Source: Bilabrum cf. latius (taxonomy: Eukaryota). Taken from it: DNA of 64,000 nt. Numbering within the stretch: position 1 is the first letter of the stretch; each line of letters opens with the position of its first letter. Shown here in pieces: positions 37,063 through 48,693 of the stretch. The notes below the pieces were generated by a model. That model was not told the DNA's origin. It did not search any database and was given only the letters and a program-made list of their open reading frames with translations. Position numbers and translations under genes: made by a program. Location: assembly GCA_965178125.1 (NCBI GenBank), contig OZ237749.1:1116001-1180000 (forward strand). The letters run 5' to 3'.

Positions 37063-38517
37063 TCAGCTGGACCGCGACTTCTTGGCCGCGCCGCCCTCAT
37101 CGTCCATGCTCAGCTTGCGCTTCTTGCTCTTCTTGGCCGACTTCTCTTTCTTCTCCTTCTTCTCTTTCTTCTCCTTTTTGTCCTTCTTCGAGCTCTTCTT
37201 CGAGCTCTCTGGCGCGGCAGACGCGGACGGGGTCACGGCACTCGAGGACGACGAGGCCGGTGTGGCGGGGGCTGCCGACGACGAGGACGAGGGCGTGCTG
37301 GGGGCCATGGCCGCCTGCCCATCTGCACCCTTGATCGCGGGCTGCGTGGCGTACCACTCGGCAGGGGTCTTGTCATTGGGCCTTCCGTGCTTGTCGAGCA
37401 GCCCCTGCTTGATGAGTCCCTTCTTCTTCTGCGCCACAGGGCCCATGCCCCACCTGCGGGGATACGTGTCTCTCTCCATGATGACGCGCTTCACCTTGCA
37501 CACCACGCCGTGGTCTACAGTGGCCATCACACTCGTGGTCATCTGCGCCACTCCCACTGCCACCGCCTCGCCCTTGGTGGTCATGATCACGACCTCCTCG
37601 CCCACACCAATGTCGTCCGCGAACCGAAGCAGCCCGGGGATCATCAGCTTGGCGCCGTAGCACACAGCGTTGACGGCCGAGTCCTTCACCACCACCCGCT
37701 TGTACCCCGTCAGTAGCAGCTCCAGGGGCTTGATGACCCTCCGCAGGTAGGTCTCGTCCTTTTCCCTAGTCTCGACCCACTTGGCGTCAAGCACGTCGTG
37801 CATCGTCACCAGGTGCTTGGTCTCGTCCATTGCGCCCGACCGCACGCGCCTCAGCTCCTCCATGTGCCCTCCTGCCCCCGTGAGCATGCCCAGGTGCACG
37901 CACAGGGTACGGATGTAGGTGCCCGCCTCACAGCTGACCCAGAACACGCCCATCTTGCGCTCGGGGTCGAACTCGATCAGCTTGCTCTTGTAGATGGTGC
38001 GCACGCGCAGCTGCCTCTTCACCGCAGCGATGACCGGAGGCCGCTGGAAGAGCGCCCCGGTGAGAGTCTCAATGGCCCTGGCCATGCGCTCCTGGCCGCC
38101 CTCGAGCTCCTTGTGCAGCCGCAGCACGGCCACGTACTCCTTGCCGGCCCCCTGCTGGGACTTGACCAGGCGGGTGGCGCGGTCGATGCACACAATCAAG
38201 CAGCCCGTCACCTTGGGGTCCAAGGTGCCGGAATGACCGGTCTTGTCAACTCGCAGGATGCGCTTGATCCAAGCAACCACCTCGTGGCTCGACGGGTTCG
38301 ACGGCTTGTCGAGGTTGATCACACCCAGGTGCACGTACTCGTCCAGAGGGCGCTTCAGAGGAGAGCAGCCGCTCGGAATGGGAGTATAATGAGAGGTGCG
38401 CACATTCAACTCATCGTAACGCTTCAATAGCAGCGGCCAGTTCGCGGTATCCAGCTTCTTGCCGGGAGCCCCTGGCTTCACGACGAAGTCCCCAGCCAAT
38501 TGTTGGTCTCCAATCAT
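37063..38517 (-). CDS. CBF5: H/ACA pseudouridine synthase Cbf5/dyskerin
   Basis: [37 protein letters not shown] domain and Lys-rich tail. No TAG. Ends TGA. Start uncertain. Confidence 0.97.
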   Translation of the reverse strand: MIGDQQLAGDFVVKPGAPGKKLDTANWPLLLKRYDELNVRTSHYTPIPSGCSPLKRPLDEYVHLGVINLDKPSNPSSHEVVAWIKRILRVDKTGHSGTLDPKVTGCLIVCIDRATRLVKSQQGAGKEYVAVLRLHKELEGGQERMARAIETLTGALFQRPPVIAAVKRQLRVRTIYKSKLIEFDPERKMGVFWVSCEAGTYIRTLCVHLGMLTGAGGHMEELRRVRSGAMDETKHLVTMHDVLDAKWVETREKDETYLRRVIKPLELLLTGYKRVVVKDSAVNAVCYGAKLMIPGLLRFADDIGVGEEVVIMTTKGEAVAVGVAQMTTSVMATVDHGVVCKVKRVIMERDTYPRRWGMGPVAQKKKGLIKQGLLDKHGRPNDKTPAEWYATQPAIKGADGQAAMAPSTPSSSSSAAPATPASSSSSAVTPSASAAPESSKKSSKKDKKEKKEKKEKKEKSAKKSKKRKLSMDDEGGAAKKSRSS

Positions 38518-38889
38518 AGAAGCTGCGGCACTAGTGTTGCAAAATCAAGGTTTAGATGTGGTGGGACTGAAACGCAAACTGCTGCTGGGTTCTATCGCGT
38601 GTGCAAACTTGAAGTGCACAAGCAGGCTGCACGATTGGTTTCCTCCTGCTCTCAACATTAATCTCTACACCATCTTCGTCCCATACAACTGCTATTTATG
38701 CTAAATGTTCAGTTACTCACCCATAATTCAGATAGTAGGCTGCTCCTTTCCAAAGAAATCGCTCTGTTGCAGCTCGTCGGCTGTGTTGTCTTGATTTGCG
38801 GAACTTCATCACCCTCGCGCGGCGTCCACCGCGGCGCCCTCGCAAGGTTCCGCTGCATTGGACGATCCCCACGTATTTCGTCAAGTACC

Positions 38890-40965
38890 ATGCCGAAGTT
38901 TTCGACAACGTTGAAGTGGAAGAAGGAGAAATTTACAAATTTTGAGGTCGACACAGACGGAGGCTTGAAAAATCTTCAAGACTCTATCTAGGAGACTACT
39001 GGTGAGAGGCCCGTGGCTTTTGAACGGGCTTGGTGGCGGTGCTCGCACTAAATTTCAGCCAATTTTTGATTCGGCGGTCGATGCAACGGGCGCTATAATG
39101 TTTCCTCTCCTACTCCTAGTGCGTCTTGTTGGACAACACTTCTTTGTGCAGGCGTTCCCGCCGCCAGGCAAAAGCTCACCTGCAAGGGCGGGTGGCGAGG
39201 CGTGCTCAAGGACGATGACACACTTAGGTCCGCAAGCTTGAAGAAGGGTAGTTTAGTGGTTCTACTTGGGACGGCTGAGCCAGGACTGAAGCGAGTCGCG
39301 GCACCGGTAAAGTTTGTGGAGGACGAGGTTGCCGGCGCGACCGATGGCGTTGTCGCGCTCCCGGCCGGCTTGGACAACATGGGGAACACTTGCTACATGA
39401 ACAGTACCTTGCAATGCCTCCGTGCAATCCCCGAGCTCAGCGAAGTGCTGAAGTCTCTTGGGCGGGCTGAGGGGGCGGCAGTGCAGCGCGCCGCCAGACA
39501 GGCCGCCGTGCAATCGCTCCACGGGGCGGACCACCGGATCCTCGCTCCCTCCTTCGGCCGGCTGCTCGAGGCTATGGAGTCCAAGCAGGGAGACTCAGTT
39601 GCCCCCGCCGAGTTCCACGCCCTGCTGCGTGCTTGTTACCCTCAGTTCGGGGAGCGAGCGGGCGGTGGTGGCGGCAAGATGGCGGCTCTGATGGCCAAGG
39701 TGGGCGCGGGGGCATTCCAGCAGCAGGACAGCGAGGAGTTTCAGACTGCGCTGCTGAATGCGCTGGCAGAGGCCACAGTGGACAAGAAGCAGCCCCCGCA
39801 CGTGCGCCAGCTGGCTCCCCCTGTTGCGGGCAGCCGGCCCAACGTGATCGACACGTTGCTCGGGCTGCAGATGGAGGAGCGACTCGAGTGCATGGAGGCC
39901 CCGGAGGAAGAGCCCTCGGTGCGGCAGGAGCTTGCCCGGAGGGTGGTGTGCAACATCCAGGGGGGCGGGGGTTCCACGGTGCAGGTGAACTACATCAACG
40001 AGGGCATCAAGCTGGCCCTGGAGGGGGAGGTATCCAAGTAGTCACCCACCCTCGGCAGGGAGGCGGCGTACAGGCGGGTGCAGCGCATTGCAAGGCTGCC
40101 CAAGTACCTTTGTGTCCAGTTCATGCGCTTCTTTTGGAAGCGTGCGGGTTCCTCTGCTCCTTCCTCTGCGGCGGGGGGCGTGAAGACCAAGATCATGCGC
40201 AAGGTGACCTATCCGGCGGACAACCTGGACATGATGGACTACTGCACCCCCGCAGTGCGGGACGAGCTCAAGCGCAGGCGTGACGAGGCCAGGAAGGCCG
40301 AGGACGATGCCCTAGAGAAGCGGCGCAAGGAGATGGAAGGAAAGGCCAAGGGCGAGGGAGAGGGAGAGGGCGAGAAGGGAGTGGATGCCAAGGGCGGCGA
40401 GCGCGAGGACGGTGCTGCCGCGGGTGGTGCAGGGGATGGGCAGGCGGCCATGGAGACGGGCAGCGCCGATGGGGACGGCATGGACGAGGATGAGCTGGCA
40501 GCAGCGATCGCGGCTAGTATGTCCGACATCGGTGTGGAGGCCGACGGCGGGGCCTCCAGTGGGTCTGCGCCCATGGACGGAGACGGTGAGGGAGCCGCGG
40601 AAGCAGTGGCTGAGCCCACTGATCTCGTGGGAGTGGGGCTGCCGGATGGATTCCTGGGCATGTACGAGCTCTTCGCAATCGTGACACACGTGGGTCGCAG
40701 CGCGGACGGCGGCCACTACATGGGCTGGGTGAGGCAGGAGGGCAGCAAGGACGGGTGGCTGCTCTTCAACGATGACGTGGTGGAGCAGTGCAAGACCGAG
40801 GACGTGCTGCTGCTGAGTGGCGGTGGGGACAGGGACATGGCCTATATGGTCTTCTACCGGGCCAAGGGGGGATCGGACTCCACTGAGGGGGCCAAGGGCG
40901 AGAGCAAGGGCGAGAGCAAGGGGGCCGCCACAGGCGGGGCCGCTGCTGCTGAGGCGGGCAAGTAA
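38890..40965 (+). CDS. USP14: Proteasome-associated deubiquitinase USP14/Ubp6
   Basis: UBL domain (LKW.KEKF..TGVP..RQK), GLDNMGNTCYMNSTLQC, QQQDSEE, THVGRSADGGHY. Intron 39002-39151. TAGs at 38989 and 40039 (EVSK*SPTL). Ends TAA. Confidence 0.95.
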
Positions 40966-41176
40966 TTTAAAAGCGTTTGCGTAGGTGACTTGAATTCAAG
41001 TGTCATGGTTTCATTTCGGCACATCAAATCCTCCGATTCCCCTCGTCCACCCAGATCTCGGTAAATTCCGGCCACACGCTAGGCGGCTCCGCCCTGTAGG
41101 GGCACGGGTGTATGTCGAACATTGAAGTCGAAGCCGCTCGCCGACACATCAAAGCGTCCCATCATCAGACCTGGGA

Positions 41177-43228
41177 TCAGTCCAGCTCTGACATGGCGTT
41201 TGTCACGCTCTCAGGGACCCCACCTGCCGCATCCAGACCGACAGAATCCACGTCGTCCAAGTCGCCGCCCCCGACCCCTGCGCCACTGGAAGGTCCACCA
41301 GTCTACGCGCCATCCACTGCGGCAGCTGTCTGTGGCTCCGGGGCGGGCAGCGGCCTGCAGTAGAACTGCCAGAGGTCCAGCAGCACGAGCCTCCGCTCCG
41401 TCGCAGAGAGATACACCCACAGCCACTCGCAGGCCGCCCGCTGCTCGGGCCCGAGCCGCGCTGCAGTGGCGTGCAGGTGCTCCAGCACGTCGATCTGAGG
41501 GGCAGGCGCATCGCTCCCACCCGCCGCCGCGGAATCACCAGCAGGACTCGGGCCAGCGCTCGCACTGGCTCCGTTGCTGCTGCTGCTGCCTGCCGCCGCG
41601 CGAGCTGCTGCGAGTGCCTTGGCCTGCACGGCCCACTCGTCACACAGAGGGGCCACCCCCGGACCCGCTTCCTGTCCAAGCGCCTGCCACGCCAGCAGCC
41701 ACCCCTTCGGCACGGCTTTCTCCACGGCCGCGTAGTTGTGCAGCGGGAGGTCGGTGGCCCCGCGGGACCCGGCCCTGAAGGCGGCCGGCATCTCCCACGC
41801 ACTCTCGCCCTCGGTGCGGCTCGCGCTCGCCCCGAAGCCCAGCCCCCGTGCCACGCCCATGGCCAGGTCCTCCGGGGCCCCGATGACTGGCAGCCCCTGT
41901 CCGTGCGGGCCATGCCGGAGGGCAGCAGCGAGGTTGGCAGCGATCCTGCCCTCAAGCTCTGTCTCGGCATCGGTGCCGGTGCCGGTGCCGGTGCTTTCCG
42001 TGCCCTCCGACGCCGACGCCGACCTGCGCAGGAGAGGGGATACACGATCCGCCAGGGAACAACGAAGGAGTACGGCAGCGACTCCGGCTCTGCGGGAGCA
42101 GTCCACACCCTCGTCTACAGCCCCAGCCCCAGCGTCCCCGTCCGCCGCACGACCCCTCGACTCGTTCCACAGCTGGGCGATGGCGCACAGCCGCGTTGGC
42201 AGGCCCGGTGACGCCGCCAGAGACAGAGCCAGAGCCCTGCCGCCCTGTGGCTGTGCTACGGCGAGCCCAGGAGCATCGCCAAGGGCTTTGGGTGGGCCCA
42301 GCGCATCTGTAGCGGCGGGCTTCGCCAGCCAGAGTCCCCGCAGAGCGTCCTGCTGCAACTTGGCGCAATATCCCGCAAACTTGCTCGTTGCGGCGGGGTC
42401 AGATGATTTGCCCGCATCAGCCCTAGTCTTGGCCTCAACTGCTTCCACGAATGCCAGAGCAGCCGCCTGCGAAGCTGCTGCGGTTGTCAGGGTCTGCGTG
42501 CTCGCGAGCCAAGACGTTCGGGATGCCGAGGCGCCACTGGGTGGCAGATGCGGGGCATCGGAATTAGAACTGAGGCCCTAGTACCACGGACCCTCGCTTG
42601 AGGCGTCAAGTGATTCTAGCGCGGGTGCTGTTGACGTCGCCGGCAGCATAGCGAGCTTGCTCCGTAGGCCACTTGACGATGAAATCAGACCGGCCCTTGC
42701 CTTTTTGAGACCCTCTACTAGGTCTAAAGTGTGTGATTCAGCCTCAAGACATTTCTGGGCTGCGTACAGACTCCTATACAATCGGATTCCAGCCTTCGCC
42801 CAGAGGGGCCGCAGAGCCACCGCCGTACCAGCATCCGACAGGGCGCTTGCCGTCATCATGGCTCTCGTCTTGGCATCTCCAGAAGCACCTGCTACAGATG
42901 ATATCAATGCAACCGTTGCTGCTGATCGATTCGCGAGGTTGACAGCCAACTGATGCCGAGCTGGCGATCCAGCGGCATTCATTGCTGCTTCTGCTTCCCT
43001 TGCTGCAGTCGTAAACTGAATTATGGCCTCAATCCAACTCTTTTTCTTGAAATGCTCATTTCCTTTGTCTTTTTCGCGTATCGACCTCTTAACAGTGCCG
43101 TCAGGTTTACTCGATAGAACGGAGGACAACTGAGTGCCAGCGGGGTTCGCGCATACGAAATCAACCATGGCGGGCAACAGCGCAGCAACATCCTATCCGA
43201 CAGCTTCAACATGTTTTACGTCTGACAT
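41177..43228 (-). CDS. TPR-containing hypothetical protein
   Basis: KDKGNEHFKKKSWIEAI..F, LANRSA, AL.DA..AVALRPLWAK. Frames join through three TAGs (~43193, 42578, 41303). Ends TGA. Confidence 0.65.
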
Positions 43229-43360
43229 CCTGGACAATGTTTAACGGCACGTTCACCGAGATTGTGGCGGGAGGTGTGTGGCCCCAGCTGGCGGTCGCAC
43301 GATTCCGGGCTGAACAACCAGCCAGCTGTTGCAAGCACATGTCTTCTCTGCACTCGCCAC

Positions 43361-46300
43361 TTAACCAACTTTCAGGCGCATTGGCTATCCAATAACTTTC
43401 ACCTTGCTCCCCAGCCCCGAAGAGGGCTTGGCCGGCACCTTTTTGCCCCGGTAGATGCAGGTCCACCGGCCGGTGGGCACGGGGCTGCCGGTGGCGGGGT
43501 CCATCACGGGCTCTGGCCGCCATCCCTGGTCCGATGGATCCACCAGGTGTGCCGGGACCAGCCCATCCGCTGAGCCTGTCTCTTCTTCTAGACGGGCACT
43601 GGATGCACTGGCAGGCTCGCCATCTTTGCTTTGGCTTCTGCTCTTGCTCTTGCTCCTCTTCTTCTTGCCCCTGCTCCTCCCCCCCGCTGCCTCTGCCTCC
43701 CGGAGATCCACGACCACCTTGACGATGTCCTCGGACACTTGCTGCACCAGCTCCTTGGTCGTCGGCGAGGAGTAGCTCAAGTCCGGGCTGCTGTTGATCT
43801 CGATGAGCCAGGGCTGCAGCGAGGCGCTCACCATGAAATCATACCCGAACATCTCGAAACTCTGCGCCCTCTCGTCACCCATGTCCCGAGAGGCCAACAG
43901 TGCCAGCACAACGCACCGCTTCAAGCTAGGCTACAGCTCCTCGGTCCACACGTCCCTGCCGAACTGCTGTTGCAGCCACTCCCGGAACTGCCTCGAGTGC
44001 CACATGTTCCCCTCGGCAATGTCCTCCGCGTGATCCCCGAAATCGTCCGCGTACTTCTGCACCGAGTTGTTGGCCAGGTGGATGAACCTGTCGGCAAGGT
44101 CCTCAAGAGAGAATTTGTGGCAGCAGAAGCGCAGGTAGCAGTCCTCGTAGAAGTACACGGTCAGCGGGGAGAAGCTGGTGACCAGCACCCACTGCCGGAT
44201 GTCGAACTTGTAGCCCTCGATGAGCAGCGGGCGTTCGATGTATTTCTGCGCGATGTAGTTGCTCGCTTTGGTACTCACGCCCGCCCTACCTGCGAGGATG
44301 GATGGCAGGTGCCGCATACAGCGGATGCCGCGCCCGCGACTCTTGGAGGCCGGTTTCACCACCCACACGTTCTCAGCGGGTACTGCGTCCAGGTGGGGCT
44401 GTCCGTGGGGGTTCCCCCACCTGAGGGCCAGCAGGTGCATCAGGAGCGTCCACCGACCAGCTCCCAGCGGCTGCACAGTCCAGGGTCCCGCGCCAGCCCC
44501 CGCCCCTGCCCCTGCCCCTGCCCCAGCCCCCGCTCCTGCTCCTCCCCCCGCCTGCGATTGCAGTTGCCCCACACCTTCTTCCTTATCGCCGTAGAGGTCT
44601 ATACCGCGTGGATGGGGCTCCACGGCCTCCTGGCCCAGCAGGTCATCATCCACCCCGCACTCTGCCAGCTTGGCCTCCCACGCTCGCTGCCGGAGGATGC
44701 GCTTGCCCGTCTTGGCCTTGGGACCCTTGCTCTTACTTTTGCTGGTCCCTCTGCTCTTGCTGCGGCGAGAGCGCACCGACTTTGAGCTCGCACTGCTCGA
44801 GGGCTTCCTGGGCTGGGGATCCTCGGCCCCAGCCCTTGCAAGGGTGCCCGAGGCCCCCTCCGTGCCGACCTCTCCGGAGTCGTCTGACCCAGATGCCTCT
44901 CCCTCTCCCTCTGAGTCATCGCCGTCGTCCTCATCCTCGTCGTCGTCCTCATCGTCGTCGTCCTCATCGTCCACCTTCTCGCCTCGAGAAAGCTTTGCCT
45001 CTTTCTCCCGCCGCACTGCAGCAGCCACCTTCCTCTCGGACTCCCTCTCGCGCCGGCGCAGGGCAGATTCTGCTAGCAGCCTGGACGGGGCCTGCACCGC
45101 GGGGTCTCCTGCAGCCTGTGGGTCACAGTATCGCAGCACGCTCCACTCCTCGAGGGAGACGATGCTCTCGCTTGGGTGTGCCATGGACCGACAGGACGAG
45201 CGAGCTGCCTGCAGCTTGTCTCGCAGTCCTAAACCCAGTCGCAACCTGATCTGGCGCTTCCAATCCGGAAGGCTACCCGCGCTGCCCTGGATCCGCCCCT
45301 GGGACCGCGCTGCAGCAGACGCAGCCCTCTCCACTCGAGTGTGGTCGGTCTGCACCGACCTGTGTCGCCGGACACAGCCTGTGCCAGCAAGCCCTCCAGG
45401 CGGCAACCCGGTTGCTCCGTGCGAGTCACGGGACGCGCGGGCGTGTCGCCCTGGTTCGGCCAAGGCTGGCCACGAGTCCAGGTGTTCCGGGCCGGGCGCC
45501 AGCAGCATGCGGGCGAGCACGCACATGGCTGCATCCAGCACTGGCTTGTTTACAGACAGTGAAGCGCTCGCATCGATGCACTCTGGCCTCTCAGCCAGGG
45601 AACACAGCGCATCAATGGCTTCCTCTGGCGTTGGGTCCTTGACGACCGGCTGGCTGCCTGCATCGGCCGCCTGCTTGGGGTCTGCTGGCGTTGGGGCGGG
45701 AGCTGGTTGGCCCTCGGCTGCGCCTGAAGTTGCCCTTGCCCTCCCCCCTAGGACAGTGCCGGCACCCGCCCTCAAGTCCGATAGCCCCGCCTGAATCTCG
45801 AGAGCATCAATCTCCCCTCCGCCGCTGGCCTTGCTGCTACCAGGGGCGGCCTTCCAATCCTCCTCTCGAGCCTTCGACAGCACAGCTCGGCAGACTTGCA
45901 ATACCACACGAGTTGCAACCTGTCCTCTAAAATCGTCCAAAAAACGCGCATACCCCACCGGGTGTGCTAAATCAAAGCAGCGGGGGAAAAACTGGTTGGC
46001 AGATTGTGACTGCGTCCACCTCAGCTGCTGCATGGTGCGCATAAGACCAATCTTGGTCACAACCGCAGAACCCTTACTATAGTGGTTCACGAGCTGGAAT
46101 GACTGAAGATAGTCCTTACTCCAGCGTTTCTGGCCTGGACCGCGAGCGTCACTGATCCCGCCCGGTGGGGCGTATGCGTCCCTAGTTTTGGTGCACCACC
46201 GGAGGTCAAAGTACGGACTGAATGGATCCGGATTCCTGCGCCAACCTCGCTAGACTAGAGCGCTGTGTATGTCCCGATACTTTCCTTTCATGCAAAAAAC

Positions 46301-46516
46301 CTTATCATCAGGCTCAAGACCCTGGCGCTTGCGCCATCTGCTCTCTCCCATCATGATAGCCGCGCTACCTAAGTCTTCCAGTATGCCCTCATCTTCCCAA
46401 CCATCTTGGGCCCCTGAGTCGCCCATCTATCGCTAAATGAATCTACTCTCGAACGGCAACTTCGATGACAATTTCGAACGTTCGTCGCCTCGAACGTTGC
46501 TCGCCGTATGGGCCAT
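43361..46516 (-). CDS. TTLL3: TTLL3/TTLL8-like tubulin glycylase
   Basis: FFPRCFDL, WVVKPASKSRGRGI, QKYIERPLLI..KFDIRQW, HLANNSVQK, FEMFGYDFM..PWLIEINSSP. TAGs at 46433, 46427, 46250, 43931 and 43385. Ends TAA. Confidence 0.88.
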
Positions 46517-46557
46517 GGCTGCAAAATTCAGGACTACTATAACTTGTTTCAAATTAA

Positions 46558-48534
46558 ATGTAGCAGCAGTATGAGTCCGCCGTGCAGTTTGCAGACCGGG
46601 ACGTTGTGACGGCATTGCTGGGTGGTGGACCTGATGTTCGCAAGACAACTCGACTGGATCTTAGTTCGCAGAAGTAGCGGATTGCGAAGCCTGCACAGAG
46701 TAGTTTTACAACGCATGCCGGGGTATGGGTCCAAGATGCGCCAGCGTGGCTGGTACGAAAGTAGGTGAAATCGCATGCACTTCGTGTGGCAACTAGAGCA
46801 CGGCGGCAGTAGATCGCAAGTATTGCTGCACACGCGATTGCTCCCCACCTTGTGCGAATGAAAGAAAGGTAGAATGGAGCAACTTGTACCGCTGGACTGA
46901 AAAGAGAACGCAGCAATACGGATGGGGACGAATCGGAGTACGCCTGTAGCATGCTTCGGGCAATCACGGCAACGCAGAGGCTCATTATTGGCGGTAGCAA
47001 GTCAGGTAGTCCTGAAAATTATGCAGAAATCATCCACTCTAGTTCATGGGCTCTTGTGGACAAGCTGCAACGCGCACCACTCGCAGCGACCACGACTGTG
47101 AGTGTCCTGCCGGCACCGAGACCTGGTTTGCGCCCATTGGACTCTTTCCTCACCGCTCTGGCGTGGTCTTCGAAGCAATTTCAGGCTTCATTTACGGATT
47201 TTCGGCGAAGTTCTGCCATGGATGCCCTTGGTGCGGTTTTGTTCGCCGCGCGAAGGTGCATTAGTTGCTGGCGCATCCCTTCGCATGCCGCCATGCTCCA
47301 GCACATGCTCACGATAGCGACAAGCATGGCGGATTGCATCTCAAAGAATGCAGATGGTCTCGTCACTGATACAATACAGAATAATGACCGAATGTCCAGC
47401 TGCTGCTCCTCGGCATCTGCTAGCGAGGCATTCATGGGGTTGGTACGGGCAGCCGAGGGGCAGAGTGAGCATCAGCACGAGCACGAGTGGCCCACCCAAG
47501 TCTTGGCTGCGCTCGACCAACTGGCAGTTGCTATGGGACGACTTGCCGGCAAGCACCTGAACCAAGGTGTACAGTGCCGCGGCTGCCAGTTCCCCACCAT
47601 GGCGCTGGCCCTCCTGCACCAGCAGGCTGTGTGGAGGGGTGCGCTGGGCCGGGCGGCGCCCGTGCTGGAGCTTGAGGGAGCAAGGGCGCGAGGCAGGGGG
47701 GTCGATGCAGGCGTCCACGGGCCGTCGTGTGCAGGCCGCACGCGGGCCTCTGTGCTGGCGCTCGTTCGTCGCAGGCTGCGGCTGGGCGCCCTGTGGACCG
47801 GTGCTCTGGCTGCAGGGGTTCTGCAGCAAGTTCGCGGCAGGTCGAAAGCTGCACTTCAGCAAGTGCCGGTTGGCTTGCTGAGACTTGGAGCCGGTCTCTG
47901 GAACACAATAAAAGGGGTAAAGGGGACGGGGGGTGGCAGGGGTAGGGGCACAGCGCAGCAGGGATTGCCCGTGCCAATGGTAGCAGCGGTCTCGGTCGCG
48001 CTTGCTGCACGTGGAGTGCTGCCAGAGCCTCATCGAGGCATAGGAAATAGCTACAGAGGTGCAGCCTGGTACAGCGCTTGCATTGCAATGCAGGTATGGG
48101 TGTGCTCGGCGGGTACAGGTTTAGGTGCCTCTCCTGAGAGCCTCGGCCTCTTCGTGCCTGCTCTGGTCTGCAGAGGCGCTCTCTCTGCGCGTGCGGCTGT
48201 GGATATGCTGAGAAGGGGAGGGGCAGACGTATGCGAGCCATTGGGAGGCCTAGGAACAGCTGCAACGAGTGCTGTTACGTTCAATCCGGTTACGTGGGCG
48301 CGAATTGCGGGTGCGGCCCATTCGGCCTCGCCTCGTCGCAATTGGGGAGCGCTCATGAAGCTGCTGCAGGATGCTGAGACATCTCCTGCCCGTGTCCGAG
48401 GTGCAGCAGCATCGGTGCTCGGAGCCGCCTTGCGAAAATCCCTGCGGAACGGGCAACTAGGCTTCGATGGGAGCGAGGGTATCGCAAGCCTAGTGATGAG
48501 CATCAGACACGGGGGGCAGGTGCCGCTAGACTGA
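46558..48534 (+). CDS. Hypothetical protein
   Basis: The 527-aa ORF extends upstream through five TAGs to ATG-TAG-CAG-CAG at 46558, immediately after an in-frame TAA. Ends TGA. Confidence 0.55.
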
Positions 48535-48693
48535 CCGCCCGCGCATGCATGCATGAGCTGTGTACAGCATGCAATAGTTTGAACAAGCTGTCTGCATCGC
48601 ACGTGAAATGCCCATGTTTTTGCATGCAAACACACAGTCAGCAGTGCAACAACCACTCAACTACTCGAAAGCACTGCACTGTGGTGGCCGTGC

